A stretch of 32,485 nt of DNA from Lenisia limosa. Its lineage: Eukaryota > Protista > Breviatea. The DNA is taken from positions 1 through 32,485 of the forward strand of contig LPNZ01002774.1 of NCBI GenBank assembly GCA_001655205.1, written 5' to 3'. The position numbers and the translations under genes were made by a program. Positions within the stretch are counted from its first letter, which is position 1. Every line of letters starts with the position of its first letter. Positions 23,401-32,485 of the stretch are shown in pieces. Below the pieces are notes generated by a model. It was not told the DNA's origin. It did no database searches and saw only the letters and a list, made by a program, of their open reading frames with translations.

Positions 23401-25490
23401 TCACTTAAACACGTTTTGTTTGGAAGCACTGTATATGGAGAACAGAAGGGATCAACATTACCACTAAAAAACTCTTCGAATTCGTTATATAACTAAATAT
23501 TAGAAAACACATGCAGCTTCTTACTTCAAATGTCTGGACAGGTAAATTTTCAAGTTTCATTTGGAAATCATTTTGGGTAATTTGGGAGAAGTTTGAGGTT
23601 CGAATTGCAGATAACTACATTTTGGTTCGGTTAAATGTCCATTGATTCGTGAAAAAGTGTAACATTTGTCGTAATGTAACGCCTACCATTGAAGTTATGA
23701 TGGATTTTGTTTGATAAACCTACATTGTAAATCCTCACCCTCAATACACACGTCAATGATCATAATATCATTGTAATTGCTGTCCGCCAACTGTGGATGT
23801 CAACAGTCCATCCCCCAGAATGGACCGGTGCGGGCCAATGTCCGATATACACGGCATATACACGTCAATTGCAGCTAAAGTAGTTATTGTTAAACGTGAA
23901 AATACATATTATACATGTATACCGTGACTCTTACCTCTACAAGCAGAGGTTCCCAACGTAAACGACATAATCACGTCAACCCCCTAAACAATTACAAAAT
24001 ACAACACCACCTTACATATCGTTGACGAAGTAGCAAAGGGCTAATTGAACTGTATATCGAGTCGTAAAACCCAATCCACTCGACAAACACCTTACACTCT
24101 GGACATTTGTATTGTACTCCTATAACGGTAAACTAATGATAGTTTTCAACCTAATGAAAACGCCTGCAGTTGGAGATGCCCGGTCTCAAAGCCGTATACA
24201 ACACCAATCTGATACTTTAAGAAACAATTCATTTTCATTATCCATTTGATATCCCTTACCCGTTTTGACATGCTATTTAGTCCAGCGATAACACCCTTCA
24301 TGAATGGAAAGTGATAACTGGAACAATTAGCGTAATAATTCATGAATGTAATACGTTATTGGTGAAGTCCCGGTATATTTTCCAAAACAATTCCTCCAAC
24401 TCTTCACTTCTGAGGATTTTCAGATTCATTGGAAATATCATGTTTTCTGAAGATCTGAATTCTAGTTAAAACATTTGTGATAACTAACTTAACAAATGGT
24501 ATTTTTTCATTATATGTAAATATCAATGTACATGAATATGTATAAGAACCACGGTGATATAGCACGATAACTATTCATTTTACTCTTTTAACTATGATTA
24601 AGACTTTAATTCTCCGTATTATGTTAAATATTGTCAGGAGATGCATACGCACTGGAATCTCTCTTCAATTGAAACCTACACTAACAAGAAGTGATCATTT
24701 GGAAATTCGCAGGCAAATTTTGCAACCTTTTCTGAAGTATAATAATATCGACATGTACACTCTCCACATTTCGCAATGCCATACTTTGATTAAAGCCTGT
24801 GTTTGGATGTACAATGAACAGGTCAGTCTCATTGGACTCTTTCCTAACAATCTAACAAGTAAAAAACAACTCTCAAGAAATATCTCAAGCGTGTGACTTG
24901 ATCAGCGATATTTGATAAGATCATGACTTTTCAGCCTACATCAGCAATCTGGCCTAATTTGTCTATTGCTAGGTTAACACTCTGGACAATTAAAAACAGT
25001 ACCACCACAGTTCTTCAGCTTACCACAATGTGGTTTTCAGAATCTTCAAAGGATTCCATAACGTTTAAAATGTCTTCCTAACAGAATGAGGACAAATACC
25101 CTCCTTGTTTTTTTGGTTTGAAGTCTCTATTCAAGCCCTACTTACAAATGCTCCATTTGTAAACGAAAGACGCGTCTAGATGGTTAATGTATCAATGAAT
25201 TCAATTTGAGTATCCACCACCTACCGATCCTGCAATGAAAGAGACACTGAATGATTAAAATCTCCATATAAAAAGCAAGTTAATTCTTCCTGGTACCCAA
25301 CAAACCGCATCGCTTTACGATGTTTTGTCCACTGTGCTTCATTTTGCAAGATCACTTCATTGCATTCCGTGATAAATTGAAGATATTCTAAAATGTCAAA
25401 ACTGACAGTCCATTGTTCTAGGAGCAAGTAAAGTGTGAAACAACCTGGGTTATCGTCAAAATTTTCGTTAATATCGGGATTTGCTGACAT
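18336..25490 (-). CDS. Multi-exon gene, putative receptor-like pseudokinase: BMP/PrnA-like substrate-binding domain, unknown beta-rich region, TM-like segment and degenerate tyrosine-kinase-like domain
   Basis: Many minus-strand GT-AG exons join in phase (e.g. 24260..24317, 24151..24208, 24016..24119, 23935..23983, 20324..20427). ATG at 25490 (MSANPDINENF); a further upstream exon at 25779..25806 is possible. Stop TAA is inferred at 18336-38. A few junctions are unresolved, so the single-gene model is an inference. Confidence 0.6.
20228..20284. repeat. Intronic imperfect direct repeat (ttgatac...ttatgatgat x2)
   Basis: Read directly. Confidence 0.75.
21563..21622. repeat. TA-rich microsatellite-like tract in an intron of gene 3
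   Basis: atatatatataatatatagtatataatatataatatatagtatatata. Confidence 0.85.
23290..25290 (-). other. BMP/PrnA-family (basic membrane lipoprotein, type 1 periplasmic-binding fold) domain
   Basis: Spliced peptide: LSFTNGAFEDIL; DLFIVHPNTGF...KVAKFACEFPNDHFLL; FMKGVIAGLNSMSKRIGVVYGFE...AFSLGVQYKCPECKVFVEWIG; GVDVIM; LLTST; FSGNVDPFCSP; LSDEEL...MNIWSVSKV. These follow the order of remembered BMP motifs (SFNQSAYEGL; GYDLII..GF; KVAKEFP; YLAGVxAG..TK.NKIGFVGG; AFALGAxxVNPxxKVxVxWTG; GADVI; VLTS; I.SG..DPFTGP; L.D.EL..M.WFVEGV). Confidence 0.75.
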
Positions 25491-25980
25491 TGTTGCTCTG
25501 AGATCTGGGTATTTCTCTTTTCAGCTTCTGGTTTTGAAAAGCAACAAAAAGTGTTTCCTAAACTCCATCAAATTTTTAAATCTGCAATCTTTCACACGCT
25601 TTAGCGTTTTGTGATGTGGGGTAACAAATTGTTATTAACCATTAGAGACCATTAACGTAGAAGCATAAGGCGTATGATTGGCTATACCAAGGAATTTTCC
25701 GAAAGAACTTCCTTATCAGGTAAGTCAATCATGACAGATATCATCATTTGTTTATTTTGGGTGAGTGATCTTATTCACCCATTCCGAGAAAAATTATAGC
25801 AAACATCAAAAGAGCAAAAGAACGTAATTCTACTCAAGCTCTGTTGCTCAGACTAAGCACAGCATGAAGAATGACGGACATCTCTGACTCATCCAATAAT
25901 TCCGAGCTTCCGAGCCACCATATTCTAAATACTTTTCATTTGTCATCGCTTCTCTGATAGTTCTTAGAATCCATATCACA

Positions 25981-28517
25981 ATGTCTAGAGATGCTAATGA
26001 TGAAAAAGCTGCATGGGACCTCCTAGCCCGTTTGGATGAAATGTTCTCAACTATTGGGAAGCAGAACACCAGGTTTGATTCAGATATGCTCTGAATTATG
26101 TTTTTTACCTTATGATATCCAGCACAGAAGAACTTTTTTTTCATTTTCACGGATTTCATCCTTGAACGATTTAGAAAGGAGCTGTCACAGGAAGCGAAGG
26201 CCGCCAGGGCTGCAATAGTCTCTGATGTTGTCGAGGCTATTTCAAATCACAAAGGTTCGGGTATTGCGGTCACTCTTGTTGATCTTGCTGCTTTTGTAAA
26301 ACCCCTTCTCCACTGAATGGAACTTTGTTCTTCAATGCTCTTTTGTGTACTAATTAAAAACATACTATTGTTTGGTAATCAGCAGTTATTACGCTACACT
26401 CCTTCACGGGGGCAATTTTTTTTTCCCACTTGTCACCCATCCACACATTTATCAGCCGTTTAGAGTTCAAAGAGAGCACCTCCCTTCTCTTCGCCAAGTG
26501 TCTCCAGGTCTTCACTGCCCTGTTTGAAGGCCACAATGGTGGCACTCTTGTTGGTTTGGGTTTGGTGAAATGCTTTACATATTTCAAGAGTGACGGAATT
26601 ATTTACCTTTATTTGAGATTGCTAGTGTTTGATTTGTTGCAGTAGTGGTTCTTTCTTCACATCCAAGTAGTGACCTCCTATTTGGTCACACGTTTTGTTG
26701 AGTTCTTTACGCCTAGCTGTTGGTATTTTGACCTGATAATATGATGAAATCTATTTTACCAAAATCCATCCTCGTGACCCCCCCTCCCCAGGTCCCTGTT
26801 ATTATGTCGATGTCTTTAGTTTCGGTCTTCCAGGCCCAGACAGACGCCTCAGTGCTGACTGCATGTGCTCAATTGGTGGCTGGGCTGTCTGTGTTCTCCT
26901 TTATTACATCTGGAGCCAAGAGCCAGATACTTACAAAGGTAACATGCATAGGTTTCGGCAGTGTGTCGTTTGGCTGAAATAAAGCCTGATCTTCTTGAAA
27001 TGGTATGTTGGTTACTGCAAGCGTAACAATTTTAATACCATAAAATACCTTAACCCTCGCCATTTTGTTTGAGTATATCTTTCAAAGATGTTTTATTTGA
27101 GAGAACAAATCAAAAGCAATTCATGTTCTCATCACATAGGAAGGAGTCAGAGCCACTTTACTGAAGGTCCTCTCAAGCCAAGATGAGACCCCCCTCTTAG
27201 TAGCCGACAGTATTGCAAGGGTATTGAAATCTGTCCCATCTGATGCGGCCGCGCAGCTTGGTTGCTGGGGTTATTAAAGCTACAATCTAGTTTTACAACT
27301 TTTGATGACTGTCCATTTTGTTTTCAGTCATAATCGACCCCCCCCCCTGAACAGTTTCCTCAATCCAAACGGCTGATATTCCAAGTACAAATACAGTGTG
27401 TCTTTGTGACGCCATTTTGGAGCTTTGTGAAAAGACCAACGAGACTCCTCCACAAGCTGCTGGGTGGGCTATCTTCTGGAATGTGATCGTAGACTGTCAA
27501 TTATCACAACTACACATAACTTCCTATTTACCTCACATCAACAAAGCTACTGTGAATTTATCCAAGTAGACCGCTCTTCAGCGAACTAGATCAAATGATG
27601 ACGTCACCAGATATGCTTCTGAGCTACGTTGCCAAGGCGTCAAGGGCAAAGGTCGGCTACCTGGGTACTCTGGAATGGACAATACTGTTATAATAATTGA
27701 ACAGACAGATTATCGGACTCTGTTTTCAGAAAGAGGATTTTGAAGAACATATGATACCATGTACAATGGTTTATTAAATGAAGTTTCTGATCAAATTGAC
27801 TTTAAATTTATTAACACGTCAGTTTTATCGCCTGAGTTCGTGCCCCGGAAGCAGCCCATTTTTAGCAGAAATTGAAAGCAATCCATCTGCATTAAAATTT
27901 GCTGCAATGGGAGCTTCTAATGTGGGTGTCTCCTCTGTCAAGAAAGTGTTGACCCCCGTATCGTTGTTACAAACATATTCAGATGTACATAGTGTTGTAT
28001 TATACTGTTTTGTCGTGATGCCAATAACTGTTTCGCAGTACCGGCAAATAAGCTAACCTTTTTAGTTGAATGAAGTTTCGGCAATTCTCAAAGCAAGCAG
28101 CAAAGTTCTTAGTCTTCATGGAATGGTAAGATACCAGTATATGTTATTCGTTAATATTCCAAAGAACAATTTCATTATATGATTGGCCAAACTTTATAAC
28201 CCATTCACGCCTTTCAGAAGTTTGTGGTGACAGCACTTGGCGAAATGAAGCTCAACGAAGAATCACTGCAGGCGTTTGCAGATGTTCCCGAATGTTTGCG
28301 TTGTTCTTGTATCATGATCATTGAATTTGTTTCACTATTTTCTTTTTGCTTCGTGCTTAGTGCTTCTGTAAATTGGTTTTAATCCTGTTTAGTTTCCAAA
28401 ATGTACTTTTCGGAGCTATCACAATCCTTGATACAAGATGGTATGAACAGCCTGGCACATGTCCTTGAAATCGGGTAGGATTTCGGGTTCTCTTTAGGAC
28501 TGACTGCTACAGTGTAA
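25981..28517 (+). CDS. Multi-exon gene, alpha-helical ARM/HEAT-like repeat protein of unknown function; one apparent frameshift at a T8 run
   Basis: From 26142 onward the exons join in phase: DFILERFRKELSQEAK; QTDASVLTACAQLVAGLSV...KSQILTK-EGVRATLLKVLSSQDETPLLVADSIARVLKSV; ...FSELSQSLIQD-GLTATV, TAA at 28515-17. The start could be further upstream (ATG 25871). Confidence 0.7.
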
Positions 28518-28688
28518 TATCCTTTAGAACGGGAGAGCCCTCGGCTTCTTGTCAAAGGGGACTCAATTCAATCGCCAACAATATGAACGTAAGGGGTTCT
28601 AAACCCTTGAAAAAGATGGAAGAGTCATTTTTATTTGAAGACTTTTTTGCTGTCAAATTATTCCCAAAATCATTTCCCCTCATGTTAA

Positions 28689-31600
28689 TCAGAAGAACGT
28701 CAACGGTGAGAGGCTTGAAGGTCTGGATGTGATGTGTGCATTGTCAGCCTCACATAGGGAGTCCATTCGCATCCCAGGTTGGTGGCACGCTCTTTCACAG
28801 CTCGGAGAGTGTAGGGTATCATAAATTTTCCAATCCCCCTCCCCCTTAGCAGTTTAGCATACCGCTTACTCGCCGCGTTGGCCCGAAGTCATGACGTCAC
28901 TGAAACCCTGCTCAAAAACGAGCTTTTCATCACCACTCTTCTCAAGAGTTCTGTGGTATCACAAAGTGGTATGCAGCATTATACAGGCTAGTACAGACAC
29001 GTCCATTCCAACCAAAACTGACATCTCAGAAGGGCAGTTCCGCTTTGCTGTTGTGTCGTCGATATTGAGTACCGCTCGAAGAGCTAACCTGACTAGCACC
29101 CCAACTGTGGGTAGCCTACCTTATTCGTATTGTTACGAACATATTAACCACATAGGCCCTAGCTCTCATGAACTGGACGGACTCGTCTACAGCAGCACGG
29201 CCTTCAGAATCTCGCTTATTGGTGGAGGACAGCACCTTCTAGGGCCGTTGTGTATTGATGTGCAGGCTTCAGAAGAAGAAGACATCCGTTGGTGGTACCA
29301 AATTTATCTAATACAGACCCCTCAAAACTCTATCACACTCCTTTCTAGTAATACATATTAACTAGTATTGAGGAATCAAGTGCTACACTTGAGCTTGAAA
29401 GACGATGAAATGTTCTGGTATTCGTCCAAGGCATTGGCCTCGGTGAAGTCGGACGCAAAGATCAGCTCTGCAGCCAGGGCAGGCTGGGATGTCAGAAGAT
29501 TCCTAGCACCGTGGTTGCGTGCCTACCTCCACAGAGGCTCCAGTGTGAGGGGGGTTTGCAAGAACCTGCTCGGAGCTAAAGGCAACATTGTACATTCGCA
29601 ACTACCGCGGTCAGAAATAGAGACACAATCAAAACTCAATTTCTCTTTGGGTAGCCGGTTTAACAAACCATTTCGATTTTGCTTCCAGCATAGAGATAAT
29701 TTCCAGCATAGTCTGCACCAGATATATGGTCACCAACAGAGACAATCTAAATGAATATTAATACTCTTATCATTGATAAAGAAGTACTGTCCTCTTACAC
29801 TAGGAGCAGAGGTCGGGACAAGAGTTGGGCATGTGACTGAGCCTTTCTGTCTGGTTAATTATTTTGGAGAACAAAGTATAGTATACCACAAGTAATTCTA
29901 GCTTTAAAGTGAGAATATATCATCTATTGAGAGGTGCTTTTACTTTTCAAAGATCATTAGGGACTAGTTATACAGAGGCTTCAGCCAAAATAAATACTCT
30001 ACAAATCTTTCTCGTTCATCGCTCATAAGTTGTCCCAAGCAAACATCAACGCCGTTGAGGTAGTACGTGTACGTTCCGCTGGTGGCAACAATAGTCATTT
30101 CAGCCCACTGGTCAACTAAAAGTCAGAGGACACTGCCGATGACGGCAATTGCTTACATGGTAAAGTCGCAGCAATGTTTCCGCAATAATTGCCCCTCTGG
30201 TAAATGTTCAAGTATGTATCGAACTAAATGGTGATGCTCAAATTGAATTCAATGAAGTAAGAGAAAAGTAACAGGCTAATAATATAAACCCACTTTCGGC
30301 TTAATACGAATAATACAAAAGCTAAAACAAATATCTTTTTGCAAAACCAAAAGGTAAAAAATAAGATCTTACGTGTCTGAAAATGCTTTGAAAGGTGGTT
30401 GGGGTTGACACGAGATGAGTTGCCATAAAGTGGAAACCAAGAGTAGTTGAAGGGGCCCATATACGGGCTTGGATTGTGTAGGTCTCTTCTGAGAGTTGTG
30501 AATTGATTTCAAACATCAAAGAAGATGAGTCCAGAAAGAACACTGATTTTACAAATAAGTGTTTGGATAAACCACTGCATAAATAAAAAGACAGGAAAAC
30601 AATCCACTCCCGACGACCTGAAGGCCACATGATCGAATCTATCTTGGCGGCATGTGCTGTCGGTCCAGCAGACTCCAAGGCATACTGCTTGTTCACCTTG
30701 GGGTGTCAAACACAGTACTTCTATTCAATACGTTATCGTTATGGACACGTGTGGATACTGGAAACTAGCGGCTGGAATTCCTCCAAACCTCAACACTTGG
30801 TCGACAGACATGTGAGCCAAGAACTCCAGTGCAAACCTGTCCTGTAAGTTGCTCCAAGTATGTATGCCTAATAGTAAAATTTACTCGAAGACAACAAAAG
30901 TTGTCCACACTGGTATCAGAATGTTTCATGACTGTCTCTCTCACTTTGATCACAACCGAGCCACACACAGAGGGGATAACAATGTCCCCGGGTCCAACTC
31001 GTGCGCTGCCAATTGATGCGAACGAAGCGCCATTGATGGATTGCTACTCGGTTATTAGGGCTTATCATAGAAACAGAATTTCATGATGCATTCTCGAAAG
31101 CTATGTGTATCTTATTTTTTATCGCTCTTTTTTCTGGCCAAAGTGAAGTCCAAAAAATGGATAAAAAGGGTTTTTGTATAATATGATGTGTAATAAAGTT
31201 GATGGTTCCAAATACAAATTACGAATCCCCCCGAAGATTTGAGCCTACTTGAACGAAGACAGTCAAATCACTTGGGATGTCTAAAATATTTTAAAAAAAA
31301 AATACAAAGAGAATCACTTTGACCCAACAAACTGGCAATATGGACGGTGGTAGTGTCAAAAGATGTCGACTGAATGGTGTAAACGTTGTCAAAGATGATG
31401 GGGTGAGTAAACAGTACGTGTTGTCAAAGATGATGGGGTGAGTATATATCATCAAAATATTCTCTATTCGATATGCTGATGAAAACGTCATCCCAAGACA
31501 ACCGTTTTTATTGGGCATTAGTACATATTCACAACAAAGGAAGCAGAGTATGATCCATTTACAGTGGAAAACATACGGCAGTGGCGGAGCAATCGAGAAA

Positions 31601-32217
31601 GTCTAAAACAAACTGAAGCGATGACACGATTTCTATACAATAAGATAAAAAACAAAAGACGCTGAAGTAAAATAGGAACAAATCCATGAACAGAGGAATT
31701 TGTTTATTGTCAAGTGGCCTTCATACCAGTCTCCATGTAGAGCTGAAACAATTAATGTTCTGATTGGGAGGGCTTTGTACTGCTGTGATGCAATGAAATA
31801 AACCAAACGCATCATTCATTTCCATTAAACTAGCCATCTAAAGACTCGTACCAGCAGACCTTAGGAACAGCGTCCTTGTCAGAAATCGGATCTTTAACTT
31901 GGACATCAACCATATTGGCACCATCAATGCTGAGAGCCTTAAACGTCAGAACTGGTTATATCCAATCATTATTTTATCTATACTCGGGAAATTGTTTTTG
32001 CTGCCATTTTTTTTTTAAAAAAAACAAAAGCCTAATCAATACTCCTCCTGAGAAGTATTTGAAATACCGAACAAAACCCCAGCCTTAAGCAGGTGAAGTA
32101 CTGTAAAAACAAAAAAAAGGATTGAATGGTTGGTCCGCATCTGTGTGCACAATGACTAACCGCAATAATAGCCGGGCAGAAGAGGAGGAGCAAGGCAAGC
32201 ATTCTGTACAACATCAT
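28689..32217 (-). CDS. Multi-exon gene, secreted protein with LamG/concanavalin-A-like domain(s)
   Basis: Signal-peptide-like start MMLYRMLALLLLFCPAIIA at 32217, followed by a GT donor. LamG-type motifs: ETYTIQARIW; DQWAEMTIVATSGTYTYYLNGVD; IVSVGD...YAGSKIEMLRMYNVAFSSEQV. The 3' end (TGA at 28689-91) is tentative. Confidence 0.72.
31385..31444. repeat. Intronic direct repeat with 35-bp period (gttgtcaaagatgatggggtgagta x2)
   Basis: Read directly. Confidence 0.9.
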
Positions 32218-32485
32218 TGTTATGCTCCTCTAGGATTGTTGCAGGGTTGCGGGCTGCTTTGATAAGGGTGGGGGTGTCTGAGCTGCGTTGGGTGTATAAT
32301 GTATGTATGTTGTTGTAATTGTTGTGCGGAAGGTCGGTTATGACACTCCACTTCAATGCTACCGGTGCTTCCCTTAGCTGCTCTACCTCTCTAACCAAAA
32401 CTCTGTAACCGACGACTACCTATATACCAGGTTGGGCAAGGGGGGTGCGGGCATGGTGCAGGCATGTAGTACAATAATATTCGCC

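Noticed and set aside
24594-24896. 100-aa plus-strand ORF
   Set aside because: It lies antisense to BMP-domain exons and has no motif support.
25225-25229. Apparent 5-nt micro-exon on the minus strand (ttgcag|GATCG|gtaggt)
   Set aside because: A simpler model (donor after CAT TCA at about 25248) gives LTCFLYGDFNHS-TRLSFTNGAFEDIL, in phase and matching the BMP N-terminus, so the micro-exon is not needed.
18800-26300. Stop-riddled frames suggesting an alternative genetic code or a decayed viral/transposon insert
   Set aside because: The stops are explained by introns or by coding on the opposite strand. TGA, TAG and TAA each terminate a gene here. No transposase, integrase, polymerase, capsid motif or terminal repeat was seen.
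28760-28800. RIPGWWHAL resembling the JmjC/cupin PxGWWHxV motif
   Set aside because: It is an isolated short match with no other JmjC motifs, and it lies antisense to a likely exon. It is kept only as part of the low-interest overlap finding.
28891-29754. Long plus-strand ORFs (156 aa and 128 aa)
   Set aside because: They are antisense shadows of the LamG gene exons, with no recognisable motifs.
32415-32430. TATA-like element upstream of gene 5 on the minus strand
   Set aside because: It is about 200 bp from the ATG in an AT-rich genome, and without a mapped transcription start it is not supportable.

Overview
AT-rich, intron-dense eukaryotic genomic DNA (standard genetic code; many short GT-AG introns, some about 35-60 nt; three N gaps). 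The ORF track shows only exon fragments. Splicing exons by hand gives five protein-coding genes. (1) +1..8779, 5'-partial: a large cell-surface protein with Cys-rich ephrin-receptor-like repeats and a TRP-like multipass membrane domain. (2) +9483..18225: a compact Trithorax/KMT2A-B-like H3K4 methyltransferase (PHD1-3, ePHD, FYRN, FYRC, WIN, SET, post-SET). (3) -18336..~25490: the most interesting gene, which appears to fuse a bacterial-type BMP/PrnA substrate-binding domain, an unknown beta-rich segment, a marginal TM helix and a catalytically dead tyrosine-kinase-like domain. (4) +~25981..28517: an ARM/HEAT-like helical protein with an apparent T8 frameshift. (5) -~28689..32217: a secreted LamG/ConA-like domain protein. 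In two different genes a short tandem repeat triplicates the 3' splice site. I found no rRNA, tRNA, CRISPR array or recognisable mobile element. Exon models and domain calls come from manual translation and remembered family motifs, not from database searches, and the organism cannot be identified from the sequence alone.
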